Of a stretch of DNA of 64,000 nt, positions 18,211 through 28,193 are shown piece after piece; position 1 is the stretch's first letter, and each line of letters starts with the position of its first letter. The position numbers and the translations under genes were made by a program. Source of the stretch: Eubacteriales bacterium (GTDB lineage: Bacteria; Bacillota; Clostridia; Oscillospirales; CAG-272); NCBI GenBank assembly GCA_045533505.1, contig JAZSHY010000014.1, positions 28,361 to 92,360 on the forward strand. Reading direction: 5' to 3'. The notes under the pieces are model-generated. The model saw only the letters and a program-made list of their open reading frames with translations. It did no database searches and was not told where the DNA came from.

Positions 18211-19479
18211 TCAGAACTCAACAAGAGTCTTGACACGGACGGGAGCACCCGTGGCAAGCGACTTGTTGGCGGCGATGCCCGTGAGGATACTCATGGCACC
18301 GTCGATGTGCGTAGCGGCTCTCTTGAAGGGGTCCTCCTGAGGAACGCCGAAGATGTCGTTCAGCATGACAACGTCGCCGCCGCCGTGGCCGCCCACGCCC
18401 TCGGGAATCTCCACCTCATAGGACTGACCGAACATCGGGTACACCACGATGTATTTATCCTTACCGTTGCTTTCAATGGCATTGCCGCCCTTTTCGTTGA
18501 CGTAAAGGACAAGTCTTCCCTTCGTGCCCGTGAAGCATACGCGGAAGCCCTCAACGGGAGAGTAGGCCGTCAGCGAGTAGGACATGATAGCACCGCTGTT
18601 ATACTTGACAAGCACGCTCATCGTATCCTCAATGCTGGCACCGTCACCGAACACGGAGAGGTCGCGGAGGTATCCGTCGTCCTTCTCGGCATCGTAGTAA
18701 AGCTCTCTTTCGTGGTCACGCGTCAGGTCGATGGCAAAGGGGTCGCCCTTGGCGTTCTCGGCACCGGTGGAACGGAGATAAAACTTGGTGATTCCTCTTT
18801 CCTCGGCATTCGCACGCCCGTAGAACATAAGGTCGGAGAAGGAGAAGACCTCCTTCGGCGAGGTGCCGAGCCAGTAATTGACAAGGTCGAAATGGTGGGT
18901 GGACTTGTGAACGAGAAGGCCGCCGCTGTTTCTCTTGTCCTTGTGCCATCTTCTGAAATAGTCGGCACCGTGGCTGGTGTCAAGCATCCATTCAAAGTGA
19001 ACGTGCTTGACGTCGCCGATGGCACCGTCACGAAGGAGCTCACGGACCTTGGTGTTGTGGGGAGCATAGCGGTAGTTGAAGCCAACGCGCAGGCTTCTGC
19101 CCGTTCTCTTGACGCAGTCAAGGATAGCCTGGCACTTCTCGGCATCCATGGTCATGGGCTTTTCGGTGATAACGTCACAGCCCATCTCCATGGCCTTGAT
19201 GATGTAGCGGTGGTGGGTGCGGTCAATTGAGGTGACGATAACAACATCGGGCTTCTGCTCGAGAATCATCTTCTCGAATTCATCGGCACCGTAAAGGGCC
19301 ACATCGTGGAAGCCCAGCTCATCGACGAGAATCTTTCTCGCGTATTCAAGCCTCGACCTGTTGATGTCGCAGAACGCCAGAATATCGCTGGTATCCTTGT
19401 AGGTTGAGGCGATGGCCTTATAGTACATACGGGCGCGCGCGCCGACACCTACCTGCACAAACTTCTTTTTTGCTTGCAT
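18211..19479 (-). CDS. Gfo/Idh/MocA-family oxidoreductase (paralog 1)
   Basis: 422 aa. N-terminal Rossmann VQVGVGARARMY, EKPM motif (DVITEKPM), and GADYFRRWH...LVHKSTHHFDLVNYW. Clearly paralogous to ORF 20594..21844. Confidence 0.9.
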   Translation of the reverse strand: MQAKKKFVQVGVGARARMYYKAIASTYKDTSDILAFCDINRSRLEYARKILVDELGFHDVALYGADEFEKMILEQKPDVVIVTSIDRTHHRYIIKAMEMGCDVITEKPMTMDAEKCQAILDCVKRTGRSLRVGFNYRYAPHNTKVRELLRDGAIGDVKHVHFEWMLDTSHGADYFRRWHKDKRNSGGLLVHKSTHHFDLVNYWLGTSPKEVFSFSDLMFYGRANAEERGITKFYLRSTGAENAKGDPFAIDLTRDHERELYYDAEKDDGYLRDLSVFGDGASIEDTMSVLVKYNSGAIMSYSLTAYSPVEGFRVCFTGTKGRLVLYVNEKGGNAIESNGKDKYIVVYPMFGQSYEVEIPEGVGGHGGGDVVMLNDIFGVPQEDPFKRAATHIDGAMSILTGIAANKSLATGAPVRVKTLVEF

Positions 19480-19666
19480 AATAGCCTCCTTATGCTATAA
19501 TTTTGGTACACCTTAACTTTAACATATCTTTTCTCCGCTTGCAAGACAATTCTTGCCGTGTTTTTCGACTTTCTACAAAAATTGCTCTTTTCGCCCCGTT
19601 TTTCCCCTTGTTTTTTCTCTTTTTTCGTGATATAATGCACATAGAGCCGCAAAAACCACCCGGGAG

Positions 19667-20557
19667 GTGATTGTCATTTCGGTGAATATACCGGCAGCAG
19701 AGAGGTCTGTCACGGAAAACCCCTGTCGGGAGGGATACCGTTTTCATATCGAGGTCAATAAGGTAAAAAAGCCCGACTCCATGTTCTACCCCCACGCCCA
19801 CCCCTGCTATGAGCTTTATTTTCTCATGTCGGGTGACAGGTATTACTACATAGGGGAAAAGGTGCTTCGCGTCAAAAGCGGCGACATGGTGCTGATACCC
19901 AAGGAGGAGCAGCATTGCACAAAAAACTACAAGGAATCTCCCTACGAAAGGGTTGTGCTTTCGGTCTTTGAGGATTTTCTTGCACCCCTCTCCCACACCC
20001 TTCCCTTCAACCCCTTCTCGCTCTTTGAAAAGGGGGGGCACATCATCCGCCTCGCCCCCAAGGAGCAGCTCCGCGTGCTTCGGCTCCTGGAGGCCATGCT
20101 GAGCGACTTCGCCTCTCCCTCGGCAGAGAGCACCTGCCTTCTGCAGGCCGCCCTCCTTGAGCTCCTTTGCCTCCTTTACCGCGCGGGCGATGCCGCCTCG
20201 CACTACGGTGACGATACCCACAGCGAGTCCCGAAAGACGGTGATGGACATTACAGCCTACATCACTTCTCACTATGCGGAGTCACTCACCCTTCACGCGC
20301 TGGCAGAGAAGCACTACATCAGCCCCTACTATTTATCCCGTATTTTCAAGAAAACAACAGGGGTGTCCTTCCCCGAATATGTCAATTCCGTGAGGATACG
20401 CGCCGCCAAGGAGCTTCTCTCCGAGCCCGCCCTCTCGGTTGCCGACGTGGCTATGCGCACGGGCTTTTCAAGCCTCACGCACTTCGGCAGATGCTTCAAG
20501 GCTCTTGTGGGCATCTCTCCCCGAGAATACCGCGCGGCAAGCGCGAAAAAGAAGTAA
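19667..20557 (+). CDS. AraC-family transcriptional regulator (cupin sensor plus HTH)
   Basis: N-terminal cupin-like HAHPCYELYFLMSGD. The C-terminal double HTH reads LTLHALAEKHYISPYYLSRIFKKTTGVSFPEYVNSVRIRAAKELL...GFSSLTHFGRCFK. The GTG start overlaps its putative RBS, so the true start is uncertain. Confidence 0.85.
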   Translation: MIVISVNIPAAERSVTENPCREGYRFHIEVNKVKKPDSMFYPHAHPCYELYFLMSGDRYYYIGEKVLRVKSGDMVLIPKEEQHCTKNYKESPYERVVLSVFEDFLAPLSHTLPFNPFSLFEKGGHIIRLAPKEQLRVLRLLEAMLSDFASPSAESTCLLQAALLELLCLLYRAGDAASHYGDDTHSESRKTVMDITAYITSHYAESLTLHALAEKHYISPYYLSRIFKKTTGVSFPEYVNSVRIRAAKELLSEPALSVADVAMRTGFSSLTHFGRCFKALVGISPREYRAASAKKK

Positions 20558-20593
20558 AAAAAAGCAACCGCCGAGGCGGTTGCTTTTTTATGC

Positions 20594-21844
20594 TTACGAA
20601 AGCTCGTCGATGGCGATGGCCCTTCCCGTTTTGGAGGAAAGAACCGCCATATCGCCGATAGCAAGCGAATAGTAGCCCTCGATAGAGGGGGCGAAATGAC
20701 GCAACGGGTCATTCTCGTCGTGGGCGCGGAAGATGTCGTCGCGCATCTTGTTGTCGCCGCCGCCGTGAGCACCCGTGTCGAAGCCCGTGCGAATCCACTG
20801 CTCCTCGCCGTGAAGGGGCTTGACATGAATCAGAAGGTTGCCGTCGCCGCTGACGTTGGCTCCCTTTTCGGCAAGCTCGTCAATAACCGTCACGCCGCCG
20901 CCCATGTTCTCGAATTCCACACGCCCTTCGGTACCGATGAAGCGCATGCGGTAGCCCTCGTCGGGGCTGTATGCCACAAGAGAATAGTTCATGGTGGTGC
21001 CGTCCTCGTAAAGGACGTTGAGGGCCATTCTGTCGTAAATGTCGATATCCTCGGCAAAGACGCAGCCGTCGCGGTAGTACTTGGATTCCTCCTCGGTGGC
21101 AATCAGGTAGCAGTCCTCAAAGCTCCCCTTGGGAATGTTCAGGCGCAGGGGGCATTCGGTGTGCTCGCACTTGCGGCAGTATTCGCCGCGGTAGGGGCCG
21201 TTCTTGCCGTAGAACTCAAGGGTGTTGCGGGCGAACACCGAGGCCGGCTTCTTCTCAAGAATCCAGTTGATGCAGTCAAAGTGGTGCGTGGACTTGTGGA
21301 GAAGGAGGCTGTTGGAGTTCTCCATGTATCTGTGCCAGCGGCGGAAGTAGTCGGCGCCGTGGCGGCGGTCAAGCAGCCAGGAAAGCTCCACATGGCGCAC
21401 CTCACCGATGACACCGCTCTGAATGACTCTCTTGAGGTCCTCAATCGGGCGCATATAGCGCATATTGAAGGTCACGAGAACCTTGTGCCCCGTGCGCTTC
21501 TCCGCTTCCATAATGGCAAGCGCGTTCTTGCGCGATTCGGTCATCGGCTTTTCGGAAACGACGTCAAAGCCTGCCTCAAGCGCGCGGATGATGTACTCAT
21601 GGTGGGCAGAGTCCTTGGTGGTGACAATGACGAAATCGGGCTTCACGGCATTCAGCATTTCCTCAAAATCGGTGTAATAGGGCACACCGAAATTCTCGCT
21701 GATAATCTTAGCACGCGAATGGACGGCATCGTAAACACCGAGAAGCTCGCAGCAATCCGAGAGATGGCCTCTCACAATGGGCTCTATGTAGCTCCCTGTG
21801 CCTCTGGTTCCCGTGCCAACAATGACACACTTTTTCTTTTCCAT
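20594..21844 (-). CDS. Gfo/Idh/MocA-family oxidoreductase (paralog 2)
   Basis: 416 aa. Contains VIVGTGTRGTGSY, DVVSEKPM, and GADYFRRWH...LLHKSTHHFDCINW. Confidence 0.9.
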   Translation of the reverse strand: MEKKKCVIVGTGTRGTGSYIEPIVRGHLSDCCELLGVYDAVHSRAKIISENFGVPYYTDFEEMLNAVKPDFVIVTTKDSAHHEYIIRALEAGFDVVSEKPMTESRKNALAIMEAEKRTGHKVLVTFNMRYMRPIEDLKRVIQSGVIGEVRHVELSWLLDRRHGADYFRRWHRYMENSNSLLLHKSTHHFDCINWILEKKPASVFARNTLEFYGKNGPYRGEYCRKCEHTECPLRLNIPKGSFEDCYLIATEEESKYYRDGCVFAEDIDIYDRMALNVLYEDGTTMNYSLVAYSPDEGYRMRFIGTEGRVEFENMGGGVTVIDELAEKGANVSGDGNLLIHVKPLHGEEQWIRTGFDTGAHGGGDNKMRDDIFRAHDENDPLRHFAPSIEGYYSLAIGDMAVLSSKTGRAIAIDELS

Positions 21845-21934
21845 TTTTTCTACCTCATTTCAAGTATCAAGCGAGCTCTCGGCACGCTTGACAAAATACG
21901 GCTTCGATTGTGATAAGGTCGAAGCGAAGGGTGT

Positions 21935-22675
21935 TCAGAACGCGATGTCGATAATCTTCGCGGAGGAATCGGCATCCGCGTAGAGAATGAAGTTCTCGTG
22001 CTCCTTAAGAAGGGTGGAGGGAACCATGGGAGTCGTACCCTTGGTATGCACCGTCTTCTCCACGGCATCGGCCTTCACGGCGTAGGGCACGCAGGAAACG
22101 ACCACCTTGCACTGCATAATCTGGTAAGCGGTCATGGAAACAGCCTGCTTCGGCACATCGTCGATGGTGGCAAACCAGCCCTCGCCCATCTGCTGGCGCT
22201 TGCAGCGCTCGTCAAGATTCACCACAATATAGGCCTCGCGGGTGTTGAAATCGGCAGGCGGGTCATTGAAGGCAATGTGGGTGTTCTCACCGATACCGAT
22301 AAGACCGATGTCAATCTCATCCTCACGGAGCTTTGCGGTGAGGGCAGCAATTCCCTCGGGGGTGCCGTCCACGAAATTCACCGAGCGAAGCGCGGTGGGA
22401 AGAAGGTCAACAAATCTCTCCTGGAGGTACTTGCGGAAGCTGGCGGGGTGGGTGATGGGAAGCCCCACGTACTCGTCAAGATGGAACATATCCACCTTCG
22501 TCCAATCCACATCCTCCTTCACGAGGGCCGAGATGGTGTCAAACTGCGAAGCACCGGTTGAGAGCACGATGCGGGCATAGCCCTTCTTCGCGATGGCGTG
22601 ACGGAGAATTTCTGCCGTGTAGGCAGCGGCACTTTTGCCGAGATCTTCCTTGGTCTTGCAAATTCTGATTTCCAT
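21935..22675 (-). CDS. nagB: Glucosamine-6-phosphate deaminase
   Basis: 246 aa. Contains VLSTGASQ, MFHLDEYVGL and GIGENTHIAFNDPPA, which match the NagB/6-phosphogluconolactonase fold signature. Adjacent to nagA. Confidence 0.85.
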   Translation of the reverse strand: MEIRICKTKEDLGKSAAAYTAEILRHAIAKKGYARIVLSTGASQFDTISALVKEDVDWTKVDMFHLDEYVGLPITHPASFRKYLQERFVDLLPTALRSVNFVDGTPEGIAALTAKLREDEIDIGLIGIGENTHIAFNDPPADFNTREAYIVVNLDERCKRQQMGEGWFATIDDVPKQAVSMTAYQIMQCKVVVSCVPYAVKADAVEKTVHTKGTTPMVPSTLLKEHENFILYADADSSAKIIDIAF

Positions 22676-22728
22676 AATGACAATCCTTCTTTCAAAGTAT
22701 ATTTTTCTTTGTGTTTTGCGCTTTACTT

Positions 22729-23871
22729 TTATTTTGAAACAACCCTGCCGTTCAGCATAACCGTACGAACCCTGATATCGTCGTCAAAGAAGACAAGGTC
22801 GGCATCGTACCCCACAAGAAGCTCGCCCTTGCCGCGGAGGCCAAGGAAGCTTGCGGGGTTCTTGGTCATCATACGGACAGCCGTCGGCAGGTCGCAGCCT
22901 GCCTCGTTCACCATCGTTCTCACGATGCGGTCCGTGGTGGCGATGCTGCCCCCAAAGCAGGTGCGGTCAGGGAGCTTGCAAACACCGTCCTCAATGATGT
23001 AGCCGTTCGGCACCGCGGCCCCCTCGGGCAAAAGCGCGGGCGAGGTGGCATCGGTAATCGTCATTACGCGGTGCGGGCCCTTTACCTTGAGAATCATTTT
23101 AAGAAGGGGAGGCGGCAGGTGGCAGCCGTCGCCAATCACCTCAACCCACATCTCGTCAAGAAGATAGCCTGCCTCCACCACGCCGAGGATACGGAAGCCC
23201 GAGCGCCTCGTGATGGTGGACATGGAGGAATAGAAATGCGTAAGGCACCGCGCGCCGTGCTCATAGGCGAGAAGCACATCGTCATAGGTGGCGTCGGTAT
23301 GGCCGATAACCGGGAAAATCCCGTTTTTCACCATCGTGTCACAGAAGGCAAGCGCCCCCTCAAGCTCGGGTGCAAAGCTCCATTTGAGGATACCGCCCTC
23401 GGCGCGGGCAATCAGCTCATTGTACTCCGCAGGACGGGGGGGATAGATGTACTCGGGAGGCTGGGCACCCGCCTGCATGGGCGAGAAATACGGCCCCTCA
23501 AGGTGCATGCCGGGCATATGCGGAAGCACACCGCCCTCGGCCACCACCGCCTTGAAGCTGTCAATCGCCGCGACGGTTGCCTCATAGGAGGCGGCCATCG
23601 TGGTGGGCAGAAGCGTTGTGGTACCGTGGGAAAGATGCAGCGAGGCCGCTGTGCGGAAGTCCTCGGGCGTGCCCATGAAGTCAACGCCGCCCGCCCCGTG
23701 CACATGGGTGTCAATAAAGCCGGGCGCTACATACCGCCCCGCGGCATCCAGTGTTTCATCGGCAGGAAGGTCGGCCTCAGAAAGCGCTGCAATCCTCCCA
23801 TTTTCTATGTAGATATTGGTGTTCTTCACCGAATTGTCAAGAACGGCGCGTGCATGTTGAATTTTTAACAT
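22729..23871 (-). CDS. nagA: N-acetylglucosamine-6-phosphate deacetylase
   Basis: 380 aa amidohydrolase. Contains GFIDTHVHG (HxH), MHLEGPY, IGHTDAT and HFYSSM. Confidence 0.9.
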   Translation of the reverse strand: MLKIQHARAVLDNSVKNTNIYIENGRIAALSEADLPADETLDAAGRYVAPGFIDTHVHGAGGVDFMGTPEDFRTAASLHLSHGTTTLLPTTMAASYEATVAAIDSFKAVVAEGGVLPHMPGMHLEGPYFSPMQAGAQPPEYIYPPRPAEYNELIARAEGGILKWSFAPELEGALAFCDTMVKNGIFPVIGHTDATYDDVLLAYEHGARCLTHFYSSMSTITRRSGFRILGVVEAGYLLDEMWVEVIGDGCHLPPPLLKMILKVKGPHRVMTITDATSPALLPEGAAVPNGYIIEDGVCKLPDRTCFGGSIATTDRIVRTMVNEAGCDLPTAVRMMTKNPASFLGLRGKGELLVGYDADLVFFDDDIRVRTVMLNGRVVSK

Positions 23872-23937
23872 ACCATACCTCTTTTTCGGAAGAAGCGTAT
23901 GCTTCCTCCCTTACAATTTCTACCCGTATTATAACAA

Positions 23938-23967
23938 GGGCCGGCCTTCAAAGTCAATTGCTTTTTG
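23938..23967 (-). promoter_or_regulatory. Sigma-A type promoter for nagA-nagB (TTGACT-18-TATAAT) with upstream A-tract
   Basis: Read on the minus strand: TTGACT (23967-23962), an 18-nt spacer, TATAAT (23943-23938). A long A/T-only tract (23984-24013) lies just upstream and is UP-element-like. Confidence 0.45.
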
Positions 23968-24040
23968 GAAAAACACACATTGCATTTTTTATTTTATTTT
24001 TATTTTGTTTTTACCGTTTTTCTTCCCCGCCCCGTAAAAA

Positions 24041-24067
24041 ACCGCGGCCTCGCAAGAGAACCGCGGT
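24041..24067 (-). terminator. Terminator hairpin 3' of the SPFH gene
   Basis: ACCGCGG...CCGCGGT stem with an A-run on the + left side, which gives a T-run after the hairpin on the minus strand. Confidence 0.5.
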
Positions 24068-24078
24068 GTCTTTTCTTT

Positions 24079-25272
24079 TTATGCCTTCTTCCCGCATTCG
24101 GGGCAGAACTTAAAGGGCCGGGAGGCGGAATAGCCGCACTCGCAGGTGTAGCGCACGGCGCGAGGCGCGCCGCATTCGGGGCAAAACTTCCCCTTGGCCA
24201 CGGCCCCGCATTCGGGGCAGTAGTCTCCCTTGCCGTCCGAGACGGCCTCCTTGCGTGCGGCAAGCTCGTCGGCCCGCGAGAGCAGCGTCTCCTGCCCGCG
24301 CATTCCCATGGCACCCGCCGCCATACCGATGCCCATGAAGCCCTGCATGGCCCCGCCCTCGTTGTTGGCGGCATCGCGCATGGCACGCATCTGCGCATAG
24401 GCCATTCCGCCCGCCATCGCGTCGGGAGCAGCGTGCATCACATTCGTATCAAACTCCTCGATGCGCTTGCGGCTTTCTTCGTCGGGCGTCACCTTGGTGA
24501 GCGCGACTGAAACAACCTCAATACCGCGCCTCGCTTTCCACTCCTCGTCCAGCGTGTCGCTCATGTATTTGGCGATTTCCCTCTGCCTTACAGGGAGCTG
24601 GCTGAACTTGACGCCGTCAGCCGAAAGACGGGCAAGCGCGGAGTCAAGCGCCGTCATGAATTCATCGGTAGCGGTAGCCTTCAGGTCCTCGCAGGTGTAG
24701 ACCGAGCCGACGTTACCCGAAATACTTGAAAAGAAGATAAGCGGGTCAACGATGCGGAAGGTGTACTGCCCGAAATAGCGGATATAGAGCGCGGTTTTGT
24801 AGTAAGGGTCATCGTAGGGCATCGGGGTGGTAGTGCCGAACTTATTGTCAAGGATTTCCTTAGTGTTCACGTAATACACCCTCTGCTGCGAGCCCGCGTC
24901 GCCCCCGAAGGTAAAGCGGTAGCCTACCCGCTTGAAGGAATCGACAAGCCCGCGGAAGAGGTCGCCGCAGAAGAGAGAGGGCTCTGCCGTCTTATCCCAG
25001 CGGTAATAGCCCGCCTCGGCGCAGAAATCCACAATTTTGCCGTCCGACACCATAAGAGCCACCTGCCCCTCGTTCACGGCAATGACCGAGCCGTTCGTGA
25101 CGATATCCTCGGTGGCCTTGTTGCGCGCGCCGAAAAGACCGCGCTTTTTGGTCTTCATCTCGCCCTTTCTGACAAGGACATTCCCCTCCAGAGAATCGCA
25201 GACAAAGTATTCACGCCACTGGTCAGAAAGAACGGTGGTGGCACCTGCGGCCAAAGCTCTCACTAATCCCAT
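24079..25272 (-). CDS. SPFH/band-7 domain protein with C-terminal double zinc ribbon (COG4260, YdjI-like)
   Basis: 397 aa. The N-terminus MGLVRALAAGATTVLSDQWREYF...VRKG is typical of the YdjI / virion-core-like SPFH family. A Gly/Met-rich linker leads to CPECG..(x)..CPECG and CECG..CPECG ribbons. Confidence 0.85.
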   Translation of the reverse strand: MGLVRALAAGATTVLSDQWREYFVCDSLEGNVLVRKGEMKTKKRGLFGARNKATEDIVTNGSVIAVNEGQVALMVSDGKIVDFCAEAGYYRWDKTAEPSLFCGDLFRGLVDSFKRVGYRFTFGGDAGSQQRVYYVNTKEILDNKFGTTTPMPYDDPYYKTALYIRYFGQYTFRIVDPLIFFSSISGNVGSVYTCEDLKATATDEFMTALDSALARLSADGVKFSQLPVRQREIAKYMSDTLDEEWKARRGIEVVSVALTKVTPDEESRKRIEEFDTNVMHAAPDAMAGGMAYAQMRAMRDAANNEGGAMQGFMGIGMAAGAMGMRGQETLLSRADELAARKEAVSDGKGDYCPECGAVAKGKFCPECGAPRAVRYTCECGYSASRPFKFCPECGKKA

Positions 25273-25516
25273 AATTCCTCCTCAGTATAAAAAGAAACCC
25301 CGCCGAGCCGTGTAAAGCCGAACTTAGCCCTGCGACAGCAGGTGGGTGCCCTCTCCGCAACATTGCGCTCCCAGCGTCCGCTGCCCTCGCGGTGCAAGAC
25401 GGCGAGGGGCGGGAGGTCTGCATCCCGAGGCGGAAGGTCGGGCTCCCTTTAAAGAAGTGTAGGCCCAATCGAGACTTTATCACGAGCTAAGCAGGAAATT
25501 TCTTTCAAATTTTAAT

Positions 25517-25795
25517 TTAAGCCTTATCGTGGTCGACAATGCCGAAAATCTCATTGTCAAAGTAGGCGGCGGCACGCTCCCACTCATCATCGTCCTCTAT
25601 AGTGGCGAAAAGGAGACGCTCCCCCTCGCTCTCCATGCGGAGAATGACGTATTCCTCAACCTCTTCTCCGTAAGGAACAATGGCAGCATAGCGAATGCCC
25701 GAAAGCGCCGCAAGCCCGACAACCTCATACTCGGCTGTCTTGCCGCTTTCGTCATCGGTCAGCTCATAGACGTTTCCTACCTCAATTTCGTTCAT
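25517..25795 (-). CDS. DUF1292-family small acidic protein
   Basis: 92 aa. The pattern ...YEVVGLAALSGIRYAAIVPYGEE..EYVILRME....LLFATIEDDDEWE is the DUF1292 pattern. Confidence 0.8.
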   Translation of the reverse strand: MNEIEVGNVYELTDDESGKTAEYEVVGLAALSGIRYAAIVPYGEEVEEYVILRMESEGERLLFATIEDDDEWERAAAYFDNEIFGIVDHDKA

Positions 25796-25951
25796 TGTCT
25801 ACCTCCCGAGGGGAAAATCCATACGGGCTCCCCCCTTTATGCTATCTGTATTATAGCAAAAACGCCCTCCCCTGTCAAGTGAGAAATTCAGGCAGCCGCC
25901 CTCTCCCCGACACAAAAGGGCCCCCACGGCTGTGGGAGCCCTTTGTGCTTG

Positions 25952-27712
25952 TTACTCGGCGTCCTCGGACGGAAGCTCGTAGGTGACGGTATCCTTCACG
26001 GTATCATAAAGGGCAAGCGACACCTTCTCATAATAATAATTGTAGAGGATAGACTGCTTGGTAATGCCCTGGTCGGCAAGGTCTTCCTTGGTGAAGGACC
26101 CACCGTTCAGCTGGCTTTCATACATCGCGTTATAATACTCGATAATGGCCGCCATCTCCTCCTCGAAGACCTTGTTCTCCTCGCGCTCCTTCATTCTGAG
26201 GCCGAGCGAGTCTGTGATATAGAAGACGGCCATCTCCTGCTTCAGCTGCTCCTCAGCCATTCTGCGGAAGCCGTCGGCGACGCTTTCCTTGTTCGGGAAA
26301 TATTTGTCGTCATAGTTGTTGGCCACATACTCCTCCATGGAGGAATAGAGGGCGTTCCCGCTGGACGCTGTATACTCGTCGAACTCCCGCTTGGCCTGCA
26401 AGGTGAGGGCCTCAACATAGTTATCCAAAAGCTCCTGCGGCCATTCCTTAACTTCTACCTTCCCGACGATGTGCTCCCAAAGGGCCGACACCGTGTTGCT
26501 CTGCAGCTGGTTCGTGCGGCTTTCTTCAAGTGCCTTTTTGATATACTCCCTGTAATGAGCAAGAACGGCGTCCTGCTTCCCCTTTTCGCTGGCGGAGGCG
26601 GCAAGGGCCTCGGCCTCGGTGAGAAGCGGCTTCACCTTGTCAAAGGTAATGCCAAGGCCTATCGAGGTATTCGCCACGAAGTCATAGGTCACCTGACTGA
26701 GGCTCGGCTCCTCCTCGCTGTAACGGGTAATCCTGTCAGCGTAGACGTACCATCTTGCCGTCTTGCCCGCAAGGGCGGCATTGGAGGAATAGGGGTTCGG
26801 GAAGGCGAGGGAGAAGGTGTAAGGAAGCGTGGCATCCTCCTTGTTTTTAAGAGGCGTGTCCTGCTTCACAATCTCTGCCACCTCAACACCCCAGACCGTA
26901 AGCTCCTCTGCCTCAAGGTCGCCCGTGATATCAAAGCTCTCGCTGAACTCGGCAACCGTAAGGCGCCCGCCCTCGGTGGTCTGCAAAACCTCCCCGACAT
27001 ACAGCCCGAAGAGAGCGTCGCGCAGGGCCGTGCTGTAACGGCTGTCGGAAAGATACGCATCCCCCTCCTTGCGGAGGTCTACGCGGTCATACATAATCCC
27101 CTTTTTCGGGTTGCCGTTGGTATCCTTATATTCATAGGAATACTTGATATACACGATGTCGGAAAGCCCGTCCTTGCCCACAAAGTTATGCTTATCCTTC
27201 ACCGTGGCGAGCTTGCTCTCGGAAATCTCAAGCCCGACAAGCGCATCCTCAAAGCCCGCAATCATATTGCCCGAGCCGATGAGGAGGTCGGTGGCGGAGG
27301 CCGCCGTCGCGGCGCTCGTAGGATAGAAGTTGCAGCCGCCGATAAAATCAATCCATTTTTCGGGCTCGCCCTCGGCGGCCACGTTTACCTCGCCGCGATA
27401 CCAAATAGCAACGACGTCGCCCTTCTTTATGATGCCGTCGGTCAGCGTATCGGGCTTACCCTTGCTCACATTGTAGGAGGCGAGGGTGGAGAGCACCGTC
27501 TTGTCCACATCGGCATCGGTGATTTCGGCAACCCCCGGCACGGTAAGCGCTACCCCCGAATAGTCGGAGGGGCTGAGCGAAATAAAGTCGGCCATATTCT
27601 CATCAAGGAAGAAGAAGCTCTCCTGCTTGCCGCAGGAGGCAAGGACAAGCGTGGAGGCAAGCATTGCCGCAAGAAGGCAAAGCGCCGTAACGGTTTTCTT
27701 TACTTTATGCAT
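25952..27712 (-). CDS. Lipoprotein with FKBP-type PPIase core and trigger-factor-like C-terminal arm domain
   Basis: Start moved to the ATG at 27712, giving MHKVKKTVTALCLLAAMLASTLVLASCGK (signal peptide plus LASC lipobox). GDVVAIWYRGEV...FIGG...LLIGSGNMIAGFEDALVGL matches the trigger-factor/FKBP PPIase signature. The long helical C-terminal half resembles the TF C-domain. Confidence 0.8.
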   Translation of the reverse strand: MHKVKKTVTALCLLAAMLASTLVLASCGKQESFFFLDENMADFISLSPSDYSGVALTVPGVAEITDADVDKTVLSTLASYNVSKGKPDTLTDGIIKKGDVVAIWYRGEVNVAAEGEPEKWIDFIGGCNFYPTSAATAASATDLLIGSGNMIAGFEDALVGLEISESKLATVKDKHNFVGKDGLSDIVYIKYSYEYKDTNGNPKKGIMYDRVDLRKEGDAYLSDSRYSTALRDALFGLYVGEVLQTTEGGRLTVAEFSESFDITGDLEAEELTVWGVEVAEIVKQDTPLKNKEDATLPYTFSLAFPNPYSSNAALAGKTARWYVYADRITRYSEEEPSLSQVTYDFVANTSIGLGITFDKVKPLLTEAEALAASASEKGKQDAVLAHYREYIKKALEESRTNQLQSNTVSALWEHIVGKVEVKEWPQELLDNYVEALTLQAKREFDEYTASSGNALYSSMEEYVANNYDDKYFPNKESVADGFRRMAEEQLKQEMAVFYITDSLGLRMKEREENKVFEEEMAAIIEYYNAMYESQLNGGSFTKEDLADQGITKQSILYNYYYEKVSLALYDTVKDTVTYELPSEDAE

Positions 27713-27728
27713 AATAGTTCTCCTAAAC

Positions 27729-28181
27729 TTATTCTGTCGGTGTGCCGTTGCCTCCGCGGAAGCTGTCTGCCGCCGCCGTGGCAAGGGCATCGCACCTCTC
27801 GTTTTCGGGGTGGCCGTCATGGCCGCGCACCCAGACAAGCGTTACCCTGTGCGTGTCCATGAGAGAAAGGAGCCTTTCCCAAAGGTCAATGTTTTTGGCC
27901 TTTCCGCGCTTCCAGCCCGTGGCCTGCCAGCTGCGGGCCCAGCCGAGCGTGACCGAATCCACAAGATAGCGCGAATCCGAATAGAGCGTGACCTCGCAGG
28001 GCTCACGCAGGGCCGAAAGCCCCTCGATGGCGGCGAGCAGCTCCATGCGGTTGTTGGTCGTTTCCGCCTCCCCGCCCGAAAGCTCGCGCCGTGCCGTGCC
28101 GTACTGCAAAATCACACCGAAGCCGCCGGGGCCCGGGTTCCCCCGACAGGCCCCGTCGGTAAAAATCTGTACCTTTTTCAT
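27729..28181 (-). CDS. rnhA: Ribonuclease HI
   Basis: 150 aa. Contains [23 protein letters not shown] and W.KGH.GH.ENE.CD. The DEDD catalytic pattern is present. Confidence 0.9.
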   Translation of the reverse strand: MKKVQIFTDGACRGNPGPGGFGVILQYGTARRELSGGEAETTNNRMELLAAIEGLSALREPCEVTLYSDSRYLVDSVTLGWARSWQATGWKRGKAKNIDLWERLLSLMDTHRVTLVWVRGHDGHPENERCDALATAAADSFRGGNGTPTE

Positions 28182-28193
28182 AGGACAGTGTCC

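Noticed and set aside
25427-25446. The + strand GAGGCGGAAGGTCGGGCTCC resembles the RNase P CR-I box.
   Set aside because: It deviates at key positions (GAAGGUC instead of AAAGUCC). The surrounding 244-bp interval is far too short, and no CR-IV/V partner lies on the same strand.
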